A stretch of DNA of 64,000 nt, taken from a virus. The notes under the pieces are model-generated. The model saw only the letters and a list, made by a program, of their open reading frames with translations. It did no database searches and had not been told where the DNA came from. Position numbers and translations under genes: made by a program. The stretch spans positions 64,001-128,000 of the IMG/VR virus record IMGVR_UViG_3300009158_000001. The stretch is one strand, 5' to 3'. Shown piece by piece: positions 1 to 10,654 of the stretch (within the stretch, counting starts at the first letter, position 1; each line of letters opens with the position of its first letter).

Positions 1-3000
1 ACAGGATTGGTTCTATCAAGATTGAGACTTCTACTAGATATTCTAGCAGTTGCGCCATCTAAATATGACTTTTTCATTATACTTGTTGGTGCAGGAATAT
101 TTGATTCTGAATAATCTGCGCCTAAAGCATCTGCCATATCCATACTTTGCCTACGATAACTATCACTGACAAGCGATCCACCACCAGTCAATGGTTGCAT
201 TTGAGCATTACTATTCATTCCATAATTAGAAGGTGGTGGCGGTATATCACTTAATGGCTCATCATCATAGCCTTTAGTAAAGAGTGCATATAGACCAGCC
301 ATTGCAGCCGCACCAATTCCAACAGTTCTAGCAAATTTATTCTCAAGTAAACCTTTAGCATCTTCTGCGCCAATAGACATTTCACTTCTCATTGACCTAA
401 CAAAGTTTGCTTCAGCATTTACATTTCTTGTTTCCTCACTTATTCTAGAAGGAGCTGGCATAGGGGCAGGAGCTGTCTCAGCTTCATCAGCAAGCGACCC
501 CATTGCTGTGTCAAGCCCCCCTCCTCCTTGGCGTGCCTGTGCCTTGTCAATCTCAGCTTGGTTACCTGCGGCAAGTCTTTGTTGAGCATCACTCATTTCA
601 TTTGTTTTTTCTTCATAAAGACTTCTAAGATCAGCTTTTTCTCTTTCTCTTTGCTCAGGAGGAAGAGCATTTATTGATGAATTTAAAAGAGCAGTTCTTT
701 CTGCTGCAGGTGCGCTAGCAAACGCAGCTTCAAAAGACCCATGATCTCCGGACGATAAAGCTCTAAGAACAGTAGTAGGCTCAATATCTTCTGCTTTTTT
801 ACTTGCCTCTAAAGTACTTTTTGTAACTTTAGCTCTTGATAAACCTGAGGTTAATCCTTCCATTTGTTCAGGTGTTCTTTGAGGTAAAAGATAGTTAGAC
901 TTTTGGCCATCTTTATCAGTGTAAAAGAATGAATCAAAAAACTCAGTGAAATAATTAGATCTTTTTTCTGGATTAGGCTCTGAGAGAATACGACCTACTG
1001 ATTCGGAGAATACGCTACCAAGTGTTCTATCAAGATGCTTAAAGCCAACCGCATTTTGTTCCATCTTATTAGCAAACACAGATAAGTCTTCTGCTTCTGT
1101 TCTTGTTATTGCCCCAGTCTCTTCAAGTATTCTTTTTATAAATCTTATTTCTTCTGCAGCATTAGAAGTTTGACCAATCTCAGACTGGCCAGACCATTTC
1201 ATAAATGCCTTCTGGACTTCACCTAATTCAAGGCTACCATTAGCTCCAAGTTTATCCTTAAGAGAATCTTTAATTATTGGATCAAATGCATTTTGACTTA
1301 TGTTATAGGATCTTTGTTGGTTAAACTGTTCTTTCATTGGCTCATCAGATGTTAAATCTCTAAGTTTTCCGTATGCCTCTTCGACCCCCTCAGGAGTGTT
1401 TAAAAGATGCTCATCTTCGGAGCTAACCTCAATCATTTTTGTTAAAGCAGCATCATGGTCAAAGTCGGCCGATGTTTTATTAGTGACGTTGCCACCCATT
1501 CTAACAAACTCTGCACCAGGAGTATCTTTTGATACAGTCTGGCCATTAGATATCCATTCTCCATATGCAGGAATTGATACACCACCTGCTTGGTCCATTT
1601 TAGGATTATATCTACCAGAGTATACACTCATAAACTCAGGACCAATGGAAGGAGGCTGTCCTGACATCATAGGCATGTCAGCTTTGCCAGCTAGTACATC
1701 CGCTCTGTATTTATTCAAATACGCAACTTCATGTTCGCGGCCAGCTGCTTGTGCTTTTTTTATTCTTAAATCAAAACTTTCATCTATTCGACTTCTTGAC
1801 AGGCCCATCTGATAAGGCTGCATATGAGTAGGCAAACTTTTATTTAATTCAGCTCCATAGACCGTTTCATATTTTGCTCCACTAATTCCACCTTCTAAAA
1901 GATGTGTTGTGATTCCAATACTTTCTTTATTCAAATCACCTTTAAATTCTCCAAACGCGCCATGTAATAGCTGAACAAGGTCATCGTCGATATTTTCCAT
2001 GTTCTTTTCAAGCATGTCAAAAATTCTACCAATGATATTCTTTAGTTTTAAATCTTCAGTTAATCTTGCTGATCTAGAATCTTTTACAGTAGAGGCGTTT
2101 AGTAGATTAGCAGAAGGAAGATACTCCATAGTATTTTCGGAATATTTTACAAACCCTCCAGTCTGTCTAAGCTGTTCAAGAGTTCCTCTTCTTTTTGCCA
2201 TTTCAGTTGCATATAATTCATCTGGTATTTTTGCACTAAGATCTAAGACTGTGTCTGAACCAACTTTACCAGCCTCTCCAACTGGCTGACTGCCAACTCT
2301 ATTTGCCATTTCTTGTACAGAAGATACATAAGCAGGATCTAGAGGAGTAATTCCTTGAAGAGCCTGATCAAAAGCAAGCATGTGTCGTTTACGGTATGGA
2401 CTGCCTTCTGCTGCAATAGTACTTCTTGTAGAGTCGTAAATCTCTTCTACGTAACGTCTTTCAAGCTTAGCGTCATTGTTAGAATCCAATGAGAAATCAC
2501 GACTTGTTTGAACATTCAATCCAACAACGGCAGGAGATGATTCAATTCCAGCCATAAGACTTGCTTGGTGTTCTTTATTGAATCCTAAAGCTTTTAACAT
2601 ATTTGTCGTTGCAGCTTGCTGGCCTTCCATCATTTCTGCTAAGCCAGGAAAGCCAGTACCTTTTTGTTCTAACCCAAAAATTAATCCATATACAGCTTCT
2701 TGATATGGTCTACGTTGATTATTAGGAGTGTTAATTTTTAAATGCTGATTTACTTTCTTAAGCATTACAAGTAGTGCGTTAGTATCTTTTTCAGAATAGC
2801 GTGCCCCTTGCAAAGCCTGTGCTGCCGCGTGAAAGTCTTGAAGTGTATTTTTAAATCCTTTTATATATTTTTCCTGTGCAGGTACAGGCAACTTCGAGTC
2901 TACTGATGCAATTTGTTTATAGAAATCTGAATCTACTAACATATCATCTGCAGGTAGTACCGCATCAAGCGTTGATCCGGTAAACTTACTTGTAGCATAT

Positions 3001-5759
3001 TGCTGTTGGCCACGAATTGCTAATGTATTACCCTCTTTATATATTTCTTTACCTTCTGCAATATGCGAAACATCTTCTGTTAGAGATTCAGCAGCAACAT
3101 TATAAAGATTTCTTTGCTCATCAGTTAAAGGACCCATTGCGGAGTCATCTCTTATCTGACCAAGAACTTGTTGTTTATTTCTTTGTATTGCTTCTTCTCT
3201 GGCTGGATTAGTTGCCATGGCATCTAGTTCATTTGTTCGCTCTAAGTTAACTTGAGAAACAGTCTTATCAAGATCATTCTTCCTTGCTCTTTCAAGTTTT
3301 TCTAACTCTTCCTCTCTAATACTTCTGGTCCATTGCCCTGTTGTACTTTCTTCTTCATATCTAGCTAGGCGCTTTTTGTGTCGCTCTTCAGCTTTAGCTT
3401 TCTCTTCTTTTACCTTTGCATCGTACTTTGCATTGATGTTAATAGTCTCTTCAGACTCAACATCAGCAATTGCAGAAAAAAGATGTTGGTTAGTTTTTGT
3501 ACCGCCTTCTAGCTTTCCTGCTCCTGCAGGCACTTCTCTGCCAAAAGCAAGTTTATAGCCACCTTCAATTGGGATAACATCTTGAAGTAGCACTCTTCCT
3601 TGAGAAGCTGTTCCTCCCGCATCAACAAAAGTATTTTCTATTGTTCCGTTGTTTAAGCGCCGACGACCAAGAGCTTCTCCTTCTGAAAAACCAACACCTG
3701 ATCTTTCTTGCATATCGAAAATCATTCTTTGTCTTTGCATAGGATCAGCGTCGCCTAAAGCATCTACTTCCTCTAAGAAAGGTTGTAACTTTGGATTGTA
3801 TTCAAAAGGATAACTTTCAGTTCCCGTTTCAATGCTAGTTCGTCTTCCTGGTCGAATGAATGTTCCTTCAACTTGTTCAGCATTAGGATTAATTAGACCT
3901 CTTGAACCTTCAAGGAAAATCTCAGGACTTCTTGCTTGGCCTCTAGGAGTAGAGAAAACAGCGCCAGTAACAAATGGCTCAAGTCCACTTTGAAGCATTC
4001 CTTTAAACGCACCACTTCTAAATGGATAAGCATCTAAAAGCATTGCCTTTGAACCCATAGGATTACCTATAACACGCGCCTGATTACCTACACGCGAAAG
4101 TGCTGTTCTGCTACCAGGATTAACAACAGTTAAAGGGTTATTAAGATGTCTATTAGTTCTTCTGCCAAGTGGAATTACACTTACAGGCTTAACTCCACCT
4201 GCAGTATTTTCTAATTCTCCAGCAAAAGTACCCATATAGATACCAGCTTCTGGTCCATTCATTCCTGCCTCTGCCCAGTGGTAAATTCCTTTATCACCTT
4301 GCTTTGCACCTGCTACTGGAAAAAGAGAAACACCTTGGGCTTGTGCTATTTTTAAATGTGCGTTAAACCGCTCAACAGGTTCAATGCCTACAATACTTCT
4401 CTCTTCTTGCATAAGGATTTGCGAATGTTTTCTTGCCACTGCAACTAAAGGATTTTTTGTTGGATCTATCTCTTCCATGTATCGAATAGCTTCATCAGAG
4501 CTTTCAGCTGACGAGAAAAGAATCTCTTCTGCAGATCTAACTTTTCCAGCTTCTAAGGCTTCAGCTACATCTAAGTATTTACCAGTTTGAGGATTCCAAA
4601 TATTATCGTGACCTGTTATTGCTGGAGTTGAAGCAATGTCAGTTCCAGTATTATCAATGTTAATGACTTTGCCAACTGGCGAGTACATGCTTGAACCAGA
4701 TTTTCCTCTGAAGTAGATATGCCCCTGAGCCTTGCCTTGTTCACCAACAAAATAATCTCCTGCCTCTCCTAGTGGTAAATTAATTTCACCACTATTAACT
4801 CTTACTCTTGCATATCTAAATGAACGAGGAGCTGCACCTTCTGGCTGACCAAACGAACTCATAATTTCATATATGTCGCCTTGACCAGGATTAAACTGGA
4901 ATCTTCCCCCTAATTTAGATTGAAGTGCTTTCTGGTATTCGCCTAATTTTGCTTGCTCTGCTTGTGTAAGAGAGGCAAGAGATAAGTCTCTTGTGCTAGT
5001 TGGCATTTTGTTAAATTTATCAAAACGAGACATTGCACTCATAACTTGATTTCCATTATCAAGTCTTAGTCCTATAGCTGCAGGTATTTTATCTGAAGCT
5101 CTACTTGCGTTTAAGAAACGAGTATTTGATCTGTGATAGTAATCAAAAATATTTCCAAGGCCTTCTACGCTAGCTTCTGCCGCTTGGCGAAAACTTTCAA
5201 GCATACCTATAGTTTCTGCATAAGTAGCGCCCATTAAGCGACTCTTTATATTGCCAATAAGTTTTTCATTACGAGGATCAGACACGAATCCAGAAAGACG
5301 CTTATCGCCATTGATCATATCAAGAACAGACTTCTTAGCTGCCGTTAATGAAAGAATTGCGCCTTCAGCTTCTCTCCCTAGATACATAACATTATTTAAT
5401 GCATTGTTCTGTGCTCTTGCCGCTTGCTCTGCAGTTGCCCCTACAAAGCTTCCCGCTTGAGTTGTGCCATATTCTTTAATCCTATCTAGAACTTCAGAAG
5501 TTACGGTTGACTGCAACTTTAGAATCTGTTCGCTGAAACTTAAAGCCTTATTACTCCCCATCCTTCCTCTTGCCTGAGAAACCATCGAGAAGAATGTAGT
5601 GTTGGGTCTAGGTGGGCTAGCAGGAAAAGATGCAAAGCCAGGACTAAGTAGCATTCTTGCAACTTGAGGTGTAAGTTCAGCACCAGTTGCTTTACCCGCT
5701 TCCTTTGTTGCCATACTCCCGTATAATATAGCACCTAAACTTGTTAAGAACTCTTGCAT
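1..5759 (-). CDS. Large virion protein, candidate virion-packaged two-barrel RNA polymerase (3' truncated by window edge; not in the ORF track)
   Basis: ATG at 5759 (MQEFLTSLGAIL...). The frame is open in the segments I translated and at position 1, and the track lists no stop-terminated ORF here, so it is >1919 aa. It contains SADFDHD (ADFDHD at 1452-1469), about 50 aa downstream of GQPPSIG, resembling the beta-prime RxP...NADFDGD arrangement. A TM-like segment (VGIGAAAMAGLYALF) lies near the C-terminus. Confidence 0.6.
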   Translation of the reverse strand, partial: MQEFLTSLGAILYGSMATKEAGKATGAELTPQVARMLLSPGFASFPASPPRPNTTFFSMVSQARGRMGSNKALSFSEQILKLQSTVTSEVLDRIKEYGTTQAGSFVGATAEQAARAQNNALNNVMYLGREAEGAILSLTAAKKSVLDMINGDKRLSGFVSDPRNEKLIGNIKSRLMGATYAETIGMLESFRQAAEASVEGLGNIFDYYHRSNTRFLNASRASDKIPAAIGLRLDNGNQVMSAMSRFDKFNKMPTSTRDLSLASLTQAEQAKLGEYQKALQSKLGGRFQFNPGQGDIYEIMSSFGQPEGAAPRSFRYARVRVNSGEINLPLGEAGDYFVGEQGKAQGHIYFRGKSGSSMYSPVGKVINIDNTGTDIASTPAITGHDNIWNPQTGKYLDVAEALEAGKVRSAEEILFSSAESSDEAIRYMEEIDPTKNPLVAVARKHSQILMQEERSIVGIEPVERFNAHLKIAQAQGVSLFPVAGAKQGDKGIYHWAEAGMNGPEAGIYMGTFAGELENTAGGVKPVSVIPLGRRTNRHLNNPLTVVNPGSRTALSRVGNQARVIGNPMGSKAMLLDAYPFRSGAFKGMLQSGLEPFVTGAVFSTPRGQARSPEIFLEGSRGLINPNAEQVEGTFIRPGRRTSIETGTESYPFEYNPKLQPFLEEVDALGDADPMQRQRMIFDMQERSGVGFSEGEALGRRRLNNGTIENTFVDAGGTASQGRVLLQDVIPIEGGYKLAFGREVPAGAGKLEGGTKTNQHLFSAIADVESEETININAKYDAKVKEEKAKAEERHKKRLARYEEESTTGQWTRSIREEELEKLERARKNDLDKTVSQVNLERTNELDAMATNPAREEAIQRNKQQVLGQIRDDSAMGPLTDEQRNLYNVAAESLTEDVSHIAEGKEIYKEGNTLAIRGQQQYATSKFTGSTLDAVLPADDMLVDSDFYKQIASVDSKLPVPAQEKYIKGFKNTLQDFHAAAQALQGARYSEKDTNALLVMLKKVNQHLKINTPNNQRRPYQEAVYGLIFGLEQKGTGFPGLAEMMEGQQAATTNMLKALGFNKEHQASLMAGIESSPAVVGLNVQTSRDFSLDSNNDAKLERRYVEEIYDSTRSTIAAEGSPYRKRHMLAFDQALQGITPLDPAYVSSVQEMANRVGSQPVGEAGKVGSDTVLDLSAKIPDELYATEMAKRRGTLEQLRQTGGFVKYSENTMEYLPSANLLNASTVKDSRSARLTEDLKLKNIIGRIFDMLEKNMENIDDDLVQLLHGAFGEFKGDLNKESIGITTHLLEGGISGAKYETVYGAELNKSLPTHMQPYQMGLSRSRIDESFDLRIKKAQAAGREHEVAYLNKYRADVLAGKADMPMMSGQPPSIGPEFMSVYSGRYNPKMDQAGGVSIPAYGEWISNGQTVSKDTPGAEFVRMGGNVTNKTSADFDHDAALTKMIEVSSEDEHLLNTPEGVEEAYGKLRDLTSDEPMKEQFNQQRSYNISQNAFDPIIKDSLKDKLGANGSLELGEVQKAFMKWSGQSEIGQTSNAAEEIRFIKRILEETGAITRTEAEDLSVFANKMEQNAVGFKHLDRTLGSVFSESVGRILSEPNPEKRSNYFTEFFDSFFYTDKDGQKSNYLLPQRTPEQMEGLTSGLSRAKVTKSTLEASKKAEDIEPTTVLRALSSGDHGSFEAAFASAPAAERTALLNSSINALPPEQREREKADLRSLYEEKTNEMSDAQQRLAAGNQAEIDKAQARQGGGGLDTAMGSLADEAETAPAPMPAPSRISEETRNVNAEANFVRSMRSEMSIGAEDAKGLLENKFARTVGIGAAAMAGLYALFTKGYDDEPLSDIPPPPSNYGMNSNAQMQPLTGGGSLVSDSYRRQSMDMADALGADYSESNIPAPTSIMKKSYLDGATARISSRSLNLDRTNP

Positions 5760-5777
5760 TGTAAATACCCGCTATTC

Positions 5778-8700
5778 TTACTGCTCAAAGGGATTAACAG
5801 AAATGCTATTTCTTATATCAATGCTGATTGACGAATCAAACCGATTAGGTCCTTGAATATTATAACTATAATTACCATAGACATCATTAGCATTATTAAC
5901 TGCTGACATTGCCTTGTGTGGATTGATAAATTTAAACTTGTTTAGATCTTGAACAGCTTGTTCATCAATATAAGGCTTTCTAGACATATAAGATGCGCGG
6001 CTGGGATAGATACCAAAGTCATGGTAATTCATACCTTCACTTTCAATGTATTTTAGCTTTACATCCTCTAAATCTACTGCAGGATTAAATCCAATCCAGT
6101 CAGCTCTTGGCATACTTTTATGTTGAAAGTATTGACTAACTTCCATTTCTCTCATTGCCTGAGCTTCATCTGGATTTGCAGCTTCTCCGTACCCCATTTT
6201 TTCTTTTAAGTTTGTCAAGTCCGCTGCATAGTCCATGCCGAATGTAGACATAGGCCCAGCTCCGGCAGCTCTATTAATAGCATCAAGATCCTTTCCTAGA
6301 TAAAAGTCTCTCATTGTTTTTTGTTTATACTCAGGCAAAGCCTCTATGATTTCTTCCTGTCGACCAGGATTGAATTCTCTAGCAAAGCCAGTTGCAAAAA
6401 CAGATTCACGTCCTCCAAGTGTGCTACCAAGACTTTCATCTGAGACATAACCCGAAGAACCAATAATTGTTTTCTGTGCAATGTTTTGATATTGCTTTGC
6501 TAGTCTGTCATCCCCAGAAAATGTTGCTGCTTTAGAAAGACCACTATATTTAGCATATTTAAGCTTATCAAAGTATTCTTCTGTATCTCTTTTCTTTCTT
6601 AGTCCAGGTGATTCAAAATCTATACCAAGCCAACTATGAACTGCACTTTTTACAGCAGGAGCAATCCAGTCAGCAATGGGAGAGTCCCATCCTTTCATTT
6701 CGCTACCATACATTTCACGACTCTGATAGTCTTCTAACACGTCTCTGTATGGAAGTAATTTGTTTATTGGAGCAGCACCAAAAGCCATTATATGCTCAAT
6801 AGGTTGAGCTACTCTATTGGCAAAGTGAGTTGTTGCTTCCCACCCAGCACCTATAGCCTTTCCTAGGTAGTTTGTCATTGCAAAATTACCAATAGGAGAA
6901 TACTCTTTAGCAAACTTGCCTTCAGATCTTAACTCTTTGTTGACATTGAATCCATTGTTTCTAACTGCAGCTTTTATAATTCCGTCATCGTCGACTGCTT
7001 GCCCAATTGAAGCAGGAACACTTACTGTTACTCCTTGGCCAACTTGAATCTCATCAGAGAAAACTTCCTCATTCTTCTTTTTCATTTTTGCAGCTTTTAT
7101 TTGCGAATAGTTAAATTCACTAATTAAAGCATCAACATTATTAGTTATTCCTGCAACACCAAATTTACCTCCATATCCTTCAAGTGTAAAAGTCATGGAC
7201 TGGGGATCTACTGAAGCAATTGTTCCAGAAATATTATCATAGCTACTTGGTTTGAATTGATAAGAGTCAAACTCTCTTCTGTTCTTTTTCTCTTTCATCA
7301 TCTGTTCATGGCGATACAAAAAGCCACGCTCTGGGGCAGTCATCTCATCTGAATCTCTCATTAGTTTTGCTTTGTGGAGAGTTCCTTTATACTGAGGAGA
7401 ATAAGGCGATACATCACCCAGCACATTTAACTTATGAAGAAGTGGATAATCTTCAGGATTTACACCCTTTAACTCAGGGTGTAAAGCTTCATATCCTTCT
7501 CCCGGCATCCTATACTCACCTTCTCCATGTCTTGCTGATGTATATGGATTGCCATATTTGAAACTATCAGGAAGCCAATTAGGCATTGAGTTACGTATCG
7601 GATTGTATTGTTTATTTTCATCTTGATGTACAAATCGACGTATTGCTTCTGATGTAAATGGGATTCCCATAAATGAACCACCACCATGCAGATCATAGAA
7701 CTTTGAATCAATATCCATGTTTCTAGAAAAAGATTCTAACTCTTGGCGCTGGTCACCCACTTTACTAGTTCCGGTAAGGTAGCCCTTAGCGCTCTTTGCA
7801 TAGAAGCCAACAAGGCCACCTAGAGAAGTTGCCTCTTGCCAGAACTTGCCAAGAACACGAGAACCTTGGTACGGAGAAACAGGTGCTGCCATTGCAATGC
7901 CACCAATTCTCTGATCAGGTATTTCCTCTAATCCAGTTGTTCTTTCTAGATATTTTGTCTTACCATCCTTTGACTCTCTTTTCCATTCGCCAACATGCAT
8001 TAACTTTGGTCTTTTTATAAGATCAGCAATCGGTTGTATTGCAGGATATATAAAAGGAATCTGATCAAATGCTGCTCCGGTTATAGGAGAAGGTCTCTTG
8101 TAATAATTTTCTCTTTCTAGTTTATATGTAAAGTTTTTAAGAAAAAATTCTGCGACTGGACCATGATTGCCTGAACTACCAGCTTGTGTTGCTCCAGATG
8201 AAAGTCTTGCTATTAGAGAAGGTCGCTGGTAAAGAACGTCGTCTCCTCCATATCCGCCCTGTCCCATTTCCCAGCTTTGATTTCTTCTTACAGTTTCAAG
8301 TCTTTTACCTTGGTTTAATTCTCTTAACTCTCTTGGTCTTTCTACTGTACCTAATCCGCCAGTTCCCAGAAACCATCCAAGAGCTGCAATACCCGAAGCA
8401 TAAGCAATAGCTTTTATTCGAGGAGCATTTTCAACTGCTTTAATAACGCGTTTAAAAACACTTCTTTCATTTCTTAAAATCTTTTGGCGGCCTTCTTCAT
8501 ATGTAAAGTCTGTTACCTTTTCTGCGAGGACTGACAAGTTACTCTTATCATTAATCTTGCCAATTGGATTATTTAGTACTCCATGTTGACCAGATTCTTC
8601 TAAGCTTTTTACATATGAAAGAGTATCTCTTTCCACGGCGGAGATTTGATGTTCAGTCAATCCACTTAAGTCAAATGCTGAACTTCTTGGTGTCGAATGT

Positions 8701-10628
8701 CTTTGATGCAAGATTTCATTTCTTTGCCGTCTTATTGATTTAATCTGATCATCAAGTTCGTCCTGCAAAGCAACATGCTGAGCATTATCAACATTGCGCA
8801 TCCTCTCATGGTATTCAGCTTTAACTCTTACTACTTCTCCGCTTGTCTGGCGTATATGCCCAGCAACTTCACGAAGTGGAAGATTTGCTAAGTCTTGAAA
8901 TTGTTGGAGTAGATACTTTTCTCTCTGTCCAACTTCTACAACTTTATTTTTATTTAGAAATCTTTGTAACGTAACAAAACCTGCGCCTAAAGCAATACCA
9001 ACACCAAGCGCAGTTGTTGGATTAGTTGATCCTGGCATCATTTCTTCAAATGATCTTCTCCAGTCATTTATAAGAGTTGCTTCACCTATGTAACTTCTAA
9101 TCTCATTTGCTCTGCCAATCAAGTTGGCAACACCGGGTATTGGGCCAGCCGCAAAGGGCCCTACACCAATCATCCCTAGTCCGCCTACAGCACCGCCTAT
9201 CAACATACCTGGCAGGGTCCTCTTGCGTAGTTTATTCGCAATTAAACCACCTGCTATTGCAAGACCAGTTGTTTGTAGAGCTCCGGCAACTTCTTTATTA
9301 ATTCCCTCTCCATTTTTCATGCTATAACCAAGTTGGTTAATAGCCATAAGACCAGCACCAACAGTTGTAGCTAGTCGACTATATCGACCAAGCATAGCAA
9401 ATGCATGACCATGTTGGATTCTAGGAGTTAAATTATTTTCTGTTAGCGTAGAGTAGATTGACTTCTTGACATCTGGGAAAAGATATTCAAAGAAAGATCC
9501 AACCTCATTAAACATCTCAGAGAAAAGATTAGATGTTCTAGTTAAAGCATAGCTAGTATATGACTCTGCATGAAAAAGTTTATTAGATCTTTCTTCAGCG
9601 GTTTTACCTAATAAATTTTTAAAGAATTTAAAAGGTCCCCACTCAGAAACACTTTTCTCTCCTCCATATAAAACATTTCCGAAGTTAAGTCGCTTACCAA
9701 CTCCAGAGAAAAACTTTCTAATGCTTGGATCTAATTCTCCTTTACCAATAAGCACATAGCCTTCATCTCCGCCAACCTTCTCAGCATAAGTTGCACCAGT
9801 TGATCGTTCTTTCAAGCCTAGACTGGGATCTATACCAATTAAGACTGACTCTGTATACTTGCCTTTGTCGGCCAAGATAACGTCACTTGCAAGGGCTCTA
9901 CCTTTAGGCACTACCTTGCCAGATAAATCAACTTTACCTTCACGAACCTGACCATCTTGGTAAACAAGGTAGTCAATAAGGTTTAATTTTTTTCTATCTA
10001 TTCCAAACTGTTGGCTATAAAAATCAAGAGTTCTATCTCTTGAAACTTCGCCAAGAGATCTAAGACTGACATCTAACGATATAGGTGTACTGCCTCTATC
10101 AACTGAGTAAGATAAGACATCTGTTAAATAGGTAGCTTTTGTAAATAGCTTAATAACATTATCAAAAATTGGTAGCCCAAGACCTTGCTGTTGTAGCTTT
10201 GTAAGGCCTGAGTACCAAAACTTGCCAGGGTCAGAAGTCTCTGCTCCTAGAGCAGCAAAGTCAGTTGCTTTATTAATTAAAGCAGCTCTGACATTCTTAA
10301 TGGCGTTTTTACCAGTTCTTAATTTGAATACATCACCCACTTCTTTGATGTGGTTTTCTGTACGCATAGACCAGCGTTGGAACTTCCTACTTGTGAGTAT
10401 ATCATGCGCACCCTCTGCAAGGTGTGGTGCAGTATTGTATACAAGATAAGCAACTGCACTCTTTACACCAAAGCTTGCAAGCTGTGCAGAAGTTGGAATT
10501 TCTTCGCCAGCGGCTTCCGAGCTTTCAGCCCAGACATCTTGTGCCTCTGAGTACTTACTGCGCTCTGCGGAATCAACTAGTGGTTGATTCAAAGCAAGTT
10601 GCTGTGACAGATAGGTAGGTAAGGCCAT
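5778..10628 (-). CDS. Tape-measure-like / ejection protein (1616 aa)
   Basis: Lies directly downstream of the tail tube paralogues and chaperone-like genes; contains a cluster of Gly/Ala-rich hydrophobic helices (aa ~420-560 and ~740). Confidence 0.5.
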   Translation of the reverse strand: MALPTYLSQQLALNQPLVDSAERSKYSEAQDVWAESSEAAGEEIPTSAQLASFGVKSAVAYLVYNTAPHLAEGAHDILTSRKFQRWSMRTENHIKEVGDVFKLRTGKNAIKNVRAALINKATDFAALGAETSDPGKFWYSGLTKLQQQGLGLPIFDNVIKLFTKATYLTDVLSYSVDRGSTPISLDVSLRSLGEVSRDRTLDFYSQQFGIDRKKLNLIDYLVYQDGQVREGKVDLSGKVVPKGRALASDVILADKGKYTESVLIGIDPSLGLKERSTGATYAEKVGGDEGYVLIGKGELDPSIRKFFSGVGKRLNFGNVLYGGEKSVSEWGPFKFFKNLLGKTAEERSNKLFHAESYTSYALTRTSNLFSEMFNEVGSFFEYLFPDVKKSIYSTLTENNLTPRIQHGHAFAMLGRYSRLATTVGAGLMAINQLGYSMKNGEGINKEVAGALQTTGLAIAGGLIANKLRKRTLPGMLIGGAVGGLGMIGVGPFAAGPIPGVANLIGRANEIRSYIGEATLINDWRRSFEEMMPGSTNPTTALGVGIALGAGFVTLQRFLNKNKVVEVGQREKYLLQQFQDLANLPLREVAGHIRQTSGEVVRVKAEYHERMRNVDNAQHVALQDELDDQIKSIRRQRNEILHQRHSTPRSSAFDLSGLTEHQISAVERDTLSYVKSLEESGQHGVLNNPIGKINDKSNLSVLAEKVTDFTYEEGRQKILRNERSVFKRVIKAVENAPRIKAIAYASGIAALGWFLGTGGLGTVERPRELRELNQGKRLETVRRNQSWEMGQGGYGGDDVLYQRPSLIARLSSGATQAGSSGNHGPVAEFFLKNFTYKLERENYYKRPSPITGAAFDQIPFIYPAIQPIADLIKRPKLMHVGEWKRESKDGKTKYLERTTGLEEIPDQRIGGIAMAAPVSPYQGSRVLGKFWQEATSLGGLVGFYAKSAKGYLTGTSKVGDQRQELESFSRNMDIDSKFYDLHGGGSFMGIPFTSEAIRRFVHQDENKQYNPIRNSMPNWLPDSFKYGNPYTSARHGEGEYRMPGEGYEALHPELKGVNPEDYPLLHKLNVLGDVSPYSPQYKGTLHKAKLMRDSDEMTAPERGFLYRHEQMMKEKKNRREFDSYQFKPSSYDNISGTIASVDPQSMTFTLEGYGGKFGVAGITNNVDALISEFNYSQIKAAKMKKKNEEVFSDEIQVGQGVTVSVPASIGQAVDDDGIIKAAVRNNGFNVNKELRSEGKFAKEYSPIGNFAMTNYLGKAIGAGWEATTHFANRVAQPIEHIMAFGAAPINKLLPYRDVLEDYQSREMYGSEMKGWDSPIADWIAPAVKSAVHSWLGIDFESPGLRKKRDTEEYFDKLKYAKYSGLSKAATFSGDDRLAKQYQNIAQKTIIGSSGYVSDESLGSTLGGRESVFATGFAREFNPGRQEEIIEALPEYKQKTMRDFYLGKDLDAINRAAGAGPMSTFGMDYAADLTNLKEKMGYGEAANPDEAQAMREMEVSQYFQHKSMPRADWIGFNPAVDLEDVKLKYIESEGMNYHDFGIYPSRASYMSRKPYIDEQAVQDLNKFKFINPHKAMSAVNNANDVYGNYSYNIQGPNRFDSSISIDIRNSISVNPFEQ

Positions 10629-10654
10629 GGTTTCCTTTAAGAGACTGTTCTATA

